Assembly: GCA_039588275.1 (NCBI GenBank)
Contig: JBDHAC010000069.1
Location: 1 to 18,036, forward strand
Length of the DNA stretch: 18,036 nt
Source: Gemmatimonadota bacterium
GTDB taxonomy: Bacteria; Gemmatimonadota; Gemmatimonadetes; Palauibacterales; Palauibacteraceae
Reading direction: 5' to 3'
Made by a program: the position numbers and the translations under genes. Below, piece by piece: positions 1-7,887 of the stretch (positions are counted from its first letter, which is position 1; the number at the start of each line of letters is the position of its first letter). Below the pieces are notes generated by a model. The model searched no databases. It was not told the DNA's origin and saw only the letters and a list, made by a program, of their open reading frames with translations.

Positions 1-173
1 GGAGGGGTGAAGAGATCCCGCGCCGCACCGCCGACTGCACGCAACTGTTCCGCGTAGCGACGGCAATGCTCGCAGCGAAACAGATGCAACCGAACCAGCG
101 CCCGGTGCCGCCAGGTCGCCGTGACCAGCTCGTCGCTCGCAATCGCTTTCGTAACCTGCCTGCACGTGAGCAT
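1..173 (-). CDS. Zinc-binding anti-sigma factor (zf-HC2/ZAS type), 3' end outside the window
   Basis: Not in the ORF track. Manual translation from ATG at 173: MLTCRQVTKAIASDELVTATWRHRALVRLHLFRCEHCRRYAEQLRAVGGAARDLFTP..., with an N-terminal Cys and HxxxCxxC. Lies directly downstream of an ECF sigma gene on the same strand. Confidence 0.85.
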   Translation of the reverse strand, partial: MLTCRQVTKAIASDELVTATWRHRALVRLHLFRCEHCRRYAEQLRAVGGAARDLFTP

Positions 174-229
174 CGGACGCTTCTACCCCCTGGTCCCTGA
201 GCGGATCGACTGGTTGACCGGTGAATCGA

Positions 230-853
230 TCAGTTCTTCAGCGGATCGATCCCCTTCCCCTCGAGGCATTCCCGCAGGCGGTTTCGAATTCGATACAGGA
301 TCACACCCAGGTTGGTGACGGTTACCCCCAGAATCTTACGGATCTCTTCCGTCGAGAGGCCCTCGACCTCGCGAAGTACGAACGCCATTCTCTGCTGAGT
401 TGGAGCGGCGTCGAGGCACTCCGAGATGGCGCCTCCGATTTCCTGGTCTTCGAAGTCGGCGTCCGCCGGCCGGGGCGGCCGGGCCCAGCCTCCGGCATGA
501 TCGAAGCGCGCCTCGAACACCTGGTCGATGTCATCCAGCTTTCGATCCCGATCCCGCGCCCGACGTTTCTCCGCGATCTTCTTGTATAGAATCCCGAACA
601 GCCACGTCCGCACGTGAGATCTACCCTCGAAGCGGGGAGCATTCTCGATGAAGGTCGTGAACGTCGCCTGTGTCACGTCCTCGGCCTGCTCTGGCGTCAG
701 ACCGGCGCCACGGGCGGCCCGCAGCACCTGGCCGAGGTACCTGCTCACGACGGCCCGAAGCGCGACAGGGTCACCGGCGCGAATCCTTTCCGGGTGCATG
801 GCATCGTCGTGACTCGGAGGAGTGGAGTCGTCGATCGAAGGTGCGGCGGACAT
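230..853 (-). CDS. ECF-family RNA polymerase sigma-70 factor
   Basis: Region 2 motif AEDVTQATF..RFEGRSHVRTWLFGIL and region 4 motif RMAFVLREVEGLSTEEIRKILGVTVTNLGVILYRIRNRLRECL. The start is uncertain (ATG at 895, 889, 853 or 799). Confidence 0.93.
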   Translation of the reverse strand: MSAAPSIDDSTPPSHDDAMHPERIRAGDPVALRAVVSRYLGQVLRAARGAGLTPEQAEDVTQATFTTFIENAPRFEGRSHVRTWLFGILYKKIAEKRRARDRDRKLDDIDQVFEARFDHAGGWARPPRPADADFEDQEIGGAISECLDAAPTQQRMAFVLREVEGLSTEEIRKILGVTVTNLGVILYRIRNRLRECLEGKGIDPLKN

Positions 854-930
854 GTCGGCCGTCAGGCCGGACTCGAGAGCGCGTCCCATGCTCACATAAG
901 GGCAGGCATCGGGTTCGGGTTCCCGCCTGC

Positions 931-1018
931 GATTCTCACCGCGTCACCAGGGCCGGAGCTCCCGGGCAGCCTGCGCTCATCACGCTGTTGTAAGAATCCA
1001 CGCTCGAGTCGCACTTAC
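931..1018. promoter_or_regulatory. Putative divergent ECF-type promoter elements (GTRAGAATC on both strands)
   Basis: GTAAGAATC at 990-998 (+, toward fasciclin) and GTGAGAATC at 939-931 (-, toward the sigma gene). Also a GTAAG-N19-CTTAC inverted repeat at 990-1018. Function is inferred. Confidence 0.3.
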
Positions 1019-1107
1019 TTCGATGATGGCCGAGCGGAATCGCTTTCCGTCTCGGCCGCCTGACGAAGAAGCGAACAAGAAACAAGACGGATATAAGGAG
1101 TCTCGAA

Positions 1108-1707
1108 ATGGATGCGACACACTCGAAGCGCCAGAATCATAGCAGACCACTAGCTGCATCTCGCTGGGTTCGGACCGCACTGGCGGTCGCCGTTTCCGCG
1201 TTCGGGATCGGTCTGACGACGGGGACGCTTTCCGCTGATGTCATCACTCCGATCGCTCAGTCAGGGGCAGCCGTGCCGATAGGGGCGGCCACGGGGAGCT
1301 CCGCTGACGACAACCTCCTCGAGGCCGCACGGGCAGAAGGAGGACTCTCTGCGTTCCTGGCGCTCGTCGATGCCGCCGAGCTGGGCAGGCTGTTGGAGAG
1401 CGACGGCCCCCTGACGGTCTTCGCTCCGCACAACGCGGCGTTCGCCACGGATCGGCTGTTGGGCAGACAGGACAGGGAAGATGTCCGCCGGCTCGTTCTT
1501 CGGCACGTGGTCCGCGGCAAGTACAACCTCGGTGACCTGGCCGAACGGGATCACGTGAACTCGATCGCCGAGGACCGGTCATTCACCGCACTCTCCGTCG
1601 AGCGCGTTGGGGAGCGGATCGTGATCGGAGGAGAGGCCTGGATCGTGGGTGAGAGCATCGAGACCCGAAACGGCGTCATTCACGTGATCAGCCGCGTACT
1701 GAGCTGA
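1108..1707 (+). CDS. Secreted fasciclin (FAS1) domain protein
   Basis: RBS AAGGAG just upstream; hydrophobic signal-like segment (ALAVAVSAFGIGL); FAS1 H1 motif GPLTVFAPHNAAF, central LRHVV, H2 motif TRNGVIHVISRVL. Confidence 0.9.
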   Translation: MDATHSKRQNHSRPLAASRWVRTALAVAVSAFGIGLTTGTLSADVITPIAQSGAAVPIGAATGSSADDNLLEAARAEGGLSAFLALVDAAELGRLLESDGPLTVFAPHNAAFATDRLLGRQDREDVRRLVLRHVVRGKYNLGDLAERDHVNSIAEDRSFTALSVERVGERIVIGGEAWIVGESIETRNGVIHVISRVLS

Positions 1708-1750
1708 TTTCAACGACGGGGTGAGCGGGTCTCCTCACCTGGTTACGGAC

Positions 1751-1788
1751 TGACGCGGGGCGGGCCCGAACGGGTCCGCCCCGCGTCA
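1751..1788 (+). terminator. Strong hairpin downstream of the fasciclin gene (terminator-like or RNA-stabilising, no U-tract)
   Basis: TGACGCGGGGCGGGCCC-GAAC-GGGTCCGCCCCGCGTCA: 17-bp stem with one G.U pair. Confidence 0.5.
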
Positions 1789-2101
1789 CATCGGGGAACC
1801 GAGAGGTCCGAACCGCGGTTACACCTGCTGTGGTCCCGGTATGGGGCCGCACGGATCCGATCTCTCGCGGAGGGGCGGCGCTGTATCCAACGCGGTGCCT
1901 TCCTGGTGGCAGGATGACGGAGATGACACACCGTGGGCCGGCCCCTCCGCGATTTCTTCGAGATCTTGCCCCTCGCTCCGACCCCGACGCGTACCCGGTT
2001 CTCATGGCCGTGAGCCGGGGACTCCCGTACGTTGGGCGGCAGGCGCTGTTCGGTCTGAGCGACGCGAGCGGCGCGGCACCACAGCTCGTGGAGGGGGGAC
2101 C

Positions 2102-2305
2102 GTGAGCGAAAAGAGCTGCGACACGTGCGAGTACTGGCAGGATCTGGAGGACCAACCGGCGGGCGAGTGCAGGAGGTACGCCCCGCACGCCAAGAGAAGC
2201 ATGGACGCCCAGCGGGCCGTGGCGGCATGGCCGATCACGCACCCGCACGACTGGTGTGGCGAGTTCAGCCGCAAACAGGAGCGCGTCGCGACCCCGGCCG
2301 ATTAG
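2102..2305 (+). CDS. Small four-cysteine protein of unknown function (CxxC...C...WC)
   Basis: GTG start after GGAGGGGGG. Sequence MSEKSCDTCEYWQDLEDQPAGECRRYAPHAKRSMDAQRAVAAWPITHPHDWCGEFSRKQERVATPAD; it is the 3' part of ORF 1841..2305. Confidence 0.75.
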   Translation: MSEKSCDTCEYWQDLEDQPAGECRRYAPHAKRSMDAQRAVAAWPITHPHDWCGEFSRKQERVATPAD

Positions 2306-2630
2306 AGAATCAAAGCCTCGTAGCTCCGGCGACGGACGCCCAACCCGGAGGGCGCTGAGGACGCCGAGGCGGCTTCCCTGCACCAACTCACATCACGAGG
2401 TCCGCGTCAGGCGAGCGCTGCGACCCATCGTAGGGCCAATTCGTCCCATGCCGCGGATACGGTCGCTTCGACTCTCCTGGCGCACCCAGCGATAACGCAC
2501 TCACACATAACAGCTTACAGTACGTCACGCCCTATCCCGGGACAAACGCGCCCCACGGGCGCACTTCATGCCGACCACGCCACCAGATCGCCGTTGGGAT
2601 CCATCACCAAGCAGACCAGGAGACCCCCCG

Positions 2631-3164
2631 ATGCGCGAGGAGGTGAAAGACCTGTGGCCCGAGCTGGAGTGGATCGGTAACGAGGAGTTACGCGAGTCGA
2701 CTCTAATGGCGTGGATGCGGGCCTTCGAGCACAGCCCGCTCACTCCTGCCGACCTCCAGAAGATCCCCTTCACTCTCTTGATCCCCAACTGCCCCGCGAC
2801 GTTCATGGAGCACAAGCGCTGCGTGGTCCACATCGCGCGGCGGTCGGCCGAAGCGATGCAGGAGTTCCTGGGTGGGCTTCTGACGATCGACATGGATGTG
2901 GTGATCGCAGGCGCGATCCTGGCCGATGTGGGCAAGCTGCTCGAGTACGAGATGGTCGGTAGCCGACTGGTGCAGAGCGACCGGGGGAAGGCGCTCCGAC
3001 ACCCGTTCACCGGAGTCCACCTGGCCATGGACTGCGGAGTGCCCGACCCCGTGTGTCACGTGATCGCCACGCACGCGGCGGAGGGAGACGTGGTCGACCG
3101 CAGCACCGAGGCGTGGATCGTCCATCACGCCGATTTCATGAGCTACGAGCCGTTCAAGACCTAG
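2631..3164 (+). CDS. HD/HDIG-family phosphohydrolase-like protein with degenerate HD motif (AD)
   Basis: RBS AGGAGA before ATG 2631. Motifs EH(KRCV), AGAILADVGKLLEY, RHPFTG, IATH and IVHHAD match the HD-fold spacing. Confidence 0.85.
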   Translation: MREEVKDLWPELEWIGNEELRESTLMAWMRAFEHSPLTPADLQKIPFTLLIPNCPATFMEHKRCVVHIARRSAEAMQEFLGGLLTIDMDVVIAGAILADVGKLLEYEMVGSRLVQSDRGKALRHPFTGVHLAMDCGVPDPVCHVIATHAAEGDVVDRSTEAWIVHHADFMSYEPFKT

Positions 3165-3222
3165 GATCGGGGACGCCCGGGACCAGGACAGCTATCGAAG
3201 GCTGGGAACGAGAGCCGAGACC

Positions 3223-4599
3223 ATGAACGAGACGATCACCGCCCGCATCTCACGCTGGGCCGCCGACCTCCAGTTCGATGACCTCACCGACGACGCCATC
3301 CGCGAGGCCAAGCGCTACCTGCTGGATTCGCTCGGGTGTGCCCTGGGAGGCTATCAGCAGCACGACGTGAAGCTCGCGCTCGGGGTCATGGACGAGGTCG
3401 GCGCCGAAGGGCCCGCAACGGTGATCGGCACCGGCAGACGCATGGACCCGGTGTCGGCCTCGCTGCTGAACGCGTTGATGGTCCGCGTCATGGACTACAA
3501 CGACATCTACTGGAAGCAGGATCCCTCACACCCATCGGACATTATCCCGGCGGCACTGGCTTGCGGCGAGCGCGCGGGCAAATCGGGCCGCGGCCTCATC
3601 GTCGGGATCGTACTCGGGCACGAGTTCGAGATGCGGCTGTGCGAGGCGGCGTTCCCCGGCATCCGCGAGCGCGGCTGGCACCACGCTACCCTGACGGCCT
3701 TCGTGTCACCTATGGTCGCCGCGAAGCTCCTCGATCTGGACTGGGAGCAGATGCAGCACGCCATCGGGATCTCCGGCTCACGGATGGCGACGCTGGGCGC
3801 CGTGACGGCCGGAAAGCTGACCATGATGAAGAACACGGTCGACCCGATGGCGACGCAGAGCGGGGTGCTGGCCGCCCTGCTCGCCGAGCGCGGCTACACG
3901 GGCCCTGAGCACGTGATCGACGGCAAGGAGGGGCTCGCGCACTGCATGGGTCCCGAATGGAAGCTCGAGCTGCTCGAGGACGGTCTGGGCGACGGCTTCC
4001 GGATCACCCAATGCGGCATGAAGGCATTCCCGACCGAGGCGCTCACGCACGCGCCGATCTCGTGCACGCTGGACCTGATCAAGGAGAACGACCTCGCGCC
4101 CGACCAGGTCGAGCAGGTGCACATCCGCTCGCTGGCCCGCGCGGCGGACATCCTGGCGGACCCGACCAAGTACGACCCGCGAACCAAGGAGACCGCGGAC
4201 CACAGCCTTCCGTACGTGATCGCGGCGGCGGTCGCCGAACGTCAGGTGACGCCTCTCCAGTTCACGGACGAGAAGATCATGGACCCCACGATCCGGGCTC
4301 AACTGAACAAAGTGGAAGTGGTCGCGGACCCCGAGATCGAGGCGCTCTTCCCCGAGCTGCAGCGCGTGATCGTGACGGTTCACACGATCGATGGTCGGGA
4401 GCTCACAAAACAGATCGACTACCCGAAGGGTGACCCCCGCAACCCGCTGACCGACGCCGAGATCGAGGAGAAGTTCGACGCGCTGGCCGAGCCGATCCTC
4501 GACGATGACCGACGGGGCCGGATCAAGGACGCCACCTGGGCCCTGGACGAGCTCGATTCGATCACGGGTCTAATGGAGCTTCTCGCGACGGACGCCTAA
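3223..4599 (+). CDS. prpD: MmgE/PrpD-family dehydratase (2-methylcitrate dehydratase-like)
   Basis: LLDSLGCALGG, RVMDYNDIY..SHPSD, GWHH, KAFPTE..TH, ETADHSLPY, PKGDPRNPL..EKF motifs; 458 aa. The substrate may not be methylcitrate. Confidence 0.9.
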   Translation: MNETITARISRWAADLQFDDLTDDAIREAKRYLLDSLGCALGGYQQHDVKLALGVMDEVGAEGPATVIGTGRRMDPVSASLLNALMVRVMDYNDIYWKQDPSHPSDIIPAALACGERAGKSGRGLIVGIVLGHEFEMRLCEAAFPGIRERGWHHATLTAFVSPMVAAKLLDLDWEQMQHAIGISGSRMATLGAVTAGKLTMMKNTVDPMATQSGVLAALLAERGYTGPEHVIDGKEGLAHCMGPEWKLELLEDGLGDGFRITQCGMKAFPTEALTHAPISCTLDLIKENDLAPDQVEQVHIRSLARAADILADPTKYDPRTKETADHSLPYVIAAAVAERQVTPLQFTDEKIMDPTIRAQLNKVEVVADPEIEALFPELQRVIVTVHTIDGRELTKQIDYPKGDPRNPLTDAEIEEKFDALAEPILDDDRRGRIKDATWALDELDSITGLMELLATDA

Positions 4600-4611
4600 C
4601 AGGAGGTCGTC

Positions 4612-6612
4612 ATGGGTCAGACCGTCATCGAGAAGATTGCCCAGCGGCACATGGCGGAGGGGCCTTCGCGACCCCTGGCGGCGGGCGACTACCTGTCGGT
4701 CCGCCCCCACCACGTGATGACGCACGACAACACGTCTCCGGTGATGGCGAAGTTCCGGGCTATCGGTGCCGAGCGCATCCACGATCCCCGGCAGCCCGTG
4801 TTTGCGCTGGATCACGACATCCAGAATCACTCGCCCGAGAACCTGGCCAAGTACGACGCGATCGAGGCGTTCGCGAAGGAGCAGGGCGTCGATTTCTACC
4901 CCGCCGGAACTGGCATCGGACATCAGGTGATGATCGAGGAGCAATACGTCGTGCCGGGCTCGTTCGTCGTCGCTTCCGACTCGCACTCCAACATGTACGG
5001 CGCGATGGGAGCGCTGGGGACACCGGTCGTGCGAACCGATGCCGCCGCGATCTGGGCCGCGGGCACGTTCTGGTGGCAGGTGCCGCGTACCGTGCTGGTG
5101 CACCTCGCCGGGCGTCTGCCCGCCAGCTCCACGGGGAAGGACGTGATCGTCACCCTGTGCGGTCTGTACAACGAAGGCGAGGTCCTGAACGCTGCGGTGG
5201 AGTTCCACGGACCGGGCGTGGCCGCCCTGTCGATGGAGGAGCGCCTCACGATCTCCAACATGACGACCGAATGGGGCGCCCTGGTCGGCTGGTTTCCGGC
5301 CGATGAGACCGCGCTCGAGTACGTGGACCGGCGCCGGATCGTGCTGGCCGAGCGTGGGGTGGCGCGCGTGAGCGAGGCACACATCGCCTCCTGGGAGAGC
5401 GCCCCGCTCGCGTCAGACACCGACGCAGGCTTCGCCGCGCGCATCGAGCTCGATCTCTCCGAGGTGACGCCGCACGTGTCCGGGCCCGATACGGTTCAGG
5501 TCGCCACGCCGATCGCCGAGATGGAAGCCCGGCGCGTGCCCATCCAGAAAGCCTATCTGGTTTCCTGCGTCAACTCGCGCGTCGAAGACATCGGACAGGC
5601 CGCCGATGTGATCCGCGGCCTCCAGGTCGCGGAGGGGGTCGAGTTCTACATGGCGGCGGCGAGCCGCGAGGTGCAGGAGGAATCGGAGCGAAGAGGTGAC
5701 TGGCAGGCGCTGCTCGACGCCGGTGCACGGCCGCTCCCCCCGGGCTGCGGTCCATGCATCGGCCTTGGTGCGGGGTTGCTGGAGCCGGGGGAGGTGGGGA
5801 TCTCCGCCACCAACCGGAACTTCAAGGGGCGCATGGGCTCGCGCGACGCCGAGTGCTACCTGGGCAGCCCGGCCGTGGTGGCGGCGTCGGCCGTCGCGGG
5901 CTTCATCACGGGGCCGGTCTCGGTAGAAGGCCGAGCGGAGGCTCGGGCACCGAGGCGCAGCTTCATCCGGCTCGGAACATCTACCGAGGACCCGAGCGCC
6001 GCGGGCCCGGCCACCGCGGACTCGACGGCCGCGGACGAGAAGATCGAAATCCTGGACGGATTCCCCGAGCGCATTCGAGGCCGCCTGGTCTTCCTCCCGC
6101 AGGACAACCTCAACACCGACGGCATCTACGGGAAGGACTACACGTACCGCGACGACATGACGCCCGAGATGATGGCCGAGGTCGTGTTCGAGAACTACGA
6201 CCCCGAGCTGGTCGGTATCGTCGGGGCAGGGGACGTGATCCTGGGCGGGTGGAACTTCGGCACCGGGTCCAGTCGCGAGCAGGCCGTGACTTCGCTCCAG
6301 GCCAAAGGGATCGCGCTGATCATCGCCGGCAGCTTCTCGCAGACGTATCTGCGCAACGCGTTCAACAACGGGTTCGCGTGCATCGCGTGTCCGGAGCTGG
6401 TCGCGCGCGTGCGTGCGCTGATGTCCGAGGAGGTCGCCTCAGGCGCGAGAACGATCGTGCCCGGTGACGAGCTGGAGGTGGATTTCGCGTCGAGCACGGT
6501 CACGTACCGGGCGGAGACGTTCGGCTTCCCCGCCTTGAGCGCGGTGCCGCAAGCGCTCGTTGTAGCCGGAGGCGTCGAAAACGAGGTGCGGCAACGGTTG
6601 GGACTCGACTGA
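4612..6612 (+). CDS. lysF: Single-chain homoaconitase (fungal LysF/Lys4-like aconitase-family hydratase)
   Basis: HHVMTHDN, LDHDIQN, FYPAGTGIGHQ, ASDSHSNMYG..LGTPVVRTDAA.IW..WWQVP; Fe-S Cys in VSCVNSR and GCGPCIG; SATNRNFKGRMGS; fused swivel domain DNLNTDGIY..NFGTGSSREQA. These motifs closely resemble the fungal homoaconitase sequences I recall. Confidence 0.85.
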   Translation: MGQTVIEKIAQRHMAEGPSRPLAAGDYLSVRPHHVMTHDNTSPVMAKFRAIGAERIHDPRQPVFALDHDIQNHSPENLAKYDAIEAFAKEQGVDFYPAGTGIGHQVMIEEQYVVPGSFVVASDSHSNMYGAMGALGTPVVRTDAAAIWAAGTFWWQVPRTVLVHLAGRLPASSTGKDVIVTLCGLYNEGEVLNAAVEFHGPGVAALSMEERLTISNMTTEWGALVGWFPADETALEYVDRRRIVLAERGVARVSEAHIASWESAPLASDTDAGFAARIELDLSEVTPHVSGPDTVQVATPIAEMEARRVPIQKAYLVSCVNSRVEDIGQAADVIRGLQVAEGVEFYMAAASREVQEESERRGDWQALLDAGARPLPPGCGPCIGLGAGLLEPGEVGISATNRNFKGRMGSRDAECYLGSPAVVAASAVAGFITGPVSVEGRAEARAPRRSFIRLGTSTEDPSAAGPATADSTAADEKIEILDGFPERIRGRLVFLPQDNLNTDGIYGKDYTYRDDMTPEMMAEVVFENYDPELVGIVGAGDVILGGWNFGTGSSREQAVTSLQAKGIALIIAGSFSQTYLRNAFNNGFACIACPELVARVRALMSEEVASGARTIVPGDELEVDFASSTVTYRAETFGFPALSAVPQALVVAGGVENEVRQRLGLD

Positions 6613-6689
6613 GGGGCGGCACTGACGGGCGGCCTCGGCCGCCCACGACCAACGTGAGAGGGACCGGACGAGGGTCCGGGTAACGAGCG

Positions 6690-7874
6690 ATGGCTCAATA
6701 CACCGTAGTGAGCATGCCCGGCGACGGAATCGGCCAGACCGTGCTTGAGGAAGCGATCCGGGTGCTCGGTGCCGTCGGCTTCGACGCCGAGTACGTGCAC
6801 GCCGACATCGGGTGGGAGTTTTGGATCCGGGACGGGAACGCCCTCCCTCAAGAGACCATCGACCTGCTCGCCGAGCACAAGCTAGGCCTGTTTGGAGCCA
6901 TCACCTCCAAGCCCAAGGACAAGGCTGCCGCCGAGCTGTCGCCCGAGCTCCAGGGACAGGGGTGCGTGTATTACAGCCCGATCGTCACCATGCGGCAGCT
7001 GTTCGACCTGAACGTCTGCATCCGGCCGTGCCGCTCGTTCCCGGGCAACCCGCTCAACTTCATCCGGCGCACCGCGGAAGGAGGCTTCGAGGAACCCGCT
7101 GTGGACGTGGTCATCTTCCGCCAGAACACTGAGGGTCTGTACGCCGGCATCGAGTGGACGAATCCTCCCTCTCACGTGCGCGACGCGCTCGCCACGCACC
7201 CCCGGTACAGGGCGTTCGCCGATGTGCCCGGAGAGGACCTGGCCATCAGCACGCGCGTGTTCACCCGGCACAATTGCCGGCGCATCGTGGGCGCCGCGTT
7301 CGCCTATGCTCAGAAGCACGGGTACGGCTCGGTCACCATCTGTGAGAAGCCGAACGTGCTGCGCGAGACCTCGGGGATGATGGAGGAGGTGGCGCGCGAG
7401 GTGAAGCAGGACTACCCCGGGATCGAGCACTGGTCGACCAACATTGACGCGCAGATGATGTGGCTGACCAAGAACCCCGAGGATTATGGGGTGGTGGTCG
7501 CCGGCAACATGTTCGGTGACATCGTCTCCGACGCGTTCGCGGGGCTCGTCGGAGGGCTCGGATTCGCCGCGTCGGGCAACATCGGCGACGAGGTCGCGGT
7601 GTTCGAGCCGACGCACGGCTCGGCGCCCAAGTACGCGGATCTCGACCCACCGATCGTCAACCCGATCGCCATGATCCTGACGGGTGCCATGCTGCTCGAC
7701 CACGTGGGCGAGACCGAGCGAGCCGGTCGCGTTCGCGATGCGGTTGCTGCCGTCGTGCACGAGGGGGAAGTCCGCTCGTACGACATGATGAAGCTCACGG
7801 GCGGCCCTGACGTGATCGCGAAGGGAGCCGCCAGCACACAGCAGATCACGGACGCCATCATCGAGAAGCTGTAG
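6690..7874 (+). CDS. Isocitrate/isopropylmalate/homoisocitrate dehydrogenase family (beta-decarboxylating dehydrogenase)
   Basis: PGDGIG, LFGAITS, YSPIVTMRQLFDL..IRP, FRQNTEGLY, EKPNV, NMFGDIVSD..GGLG, FEPTHGSAPKYA, NPIAMIL. Confidence 0.92.
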   Translation: MAQYTVVSMPGDGIGQTVLEEAIRVLGAVGFDAEYVHADIGWEFWIRDGNALPQETIDLLAEHKLGLFGAITSKPKDKAAAELSPELQGQGCVYYSPIVTMRQLFDLNVCIRPCRSFPGNPLNFIRRTAEGGFEEPAVDVVIFRQNTEGLYAGIEWTNPPSHVRDALATHPRYRAFADVPGEDLAISTRVFTRHNCRRIVGAAFAYAQKHGYGSVTICEKPNVLRETSGMMEEVAREVKQDYPGIEHWSTNIDAQMMWLTKNPEDYGVVVAGNMFGDIVSDAFAGLVGGLGFAASGNIGDEVAVFEPTHGSAPKYADLDPPIVNPIAMILTGAMLLDHVGETERAGRVRDAVAAVVHEGEVRSYDMMKLTGGPDVIAKGAASTQQITDAIIEKL

Positions 7875-7887
7875 TCGAGGATGAGAC

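Noticed and set aside
1865..1952. tRNA (cloverleaf-like fold)
   Set aside because: No TTCRA T-loop, canonical D-loop or 7-nt anticodon loop on either strand; the closing stem is too long.
1841..2101. N-terminal extension of the 154-aa ORF 1841..2305
   Set aside because: Low-complexity Arg/Gly/Pro translation; a strong RBS and GTG at 2102 define the plausible start.
3223..6612. Standard methylcitrate cycle
   Set aside because: No prpB, prpC, prpE or prpF in the operon, and the hydratase is not AcnB/AcnD-like.
4612..7874. Leucine biosynthesis leuCD/leuB
   Set aside because: The hydratase motifs are homoaconitase-like and single-chain, the dehydrogenase has GSAPKY rather than the IPMDH GSAPDI, and there is no leuA.
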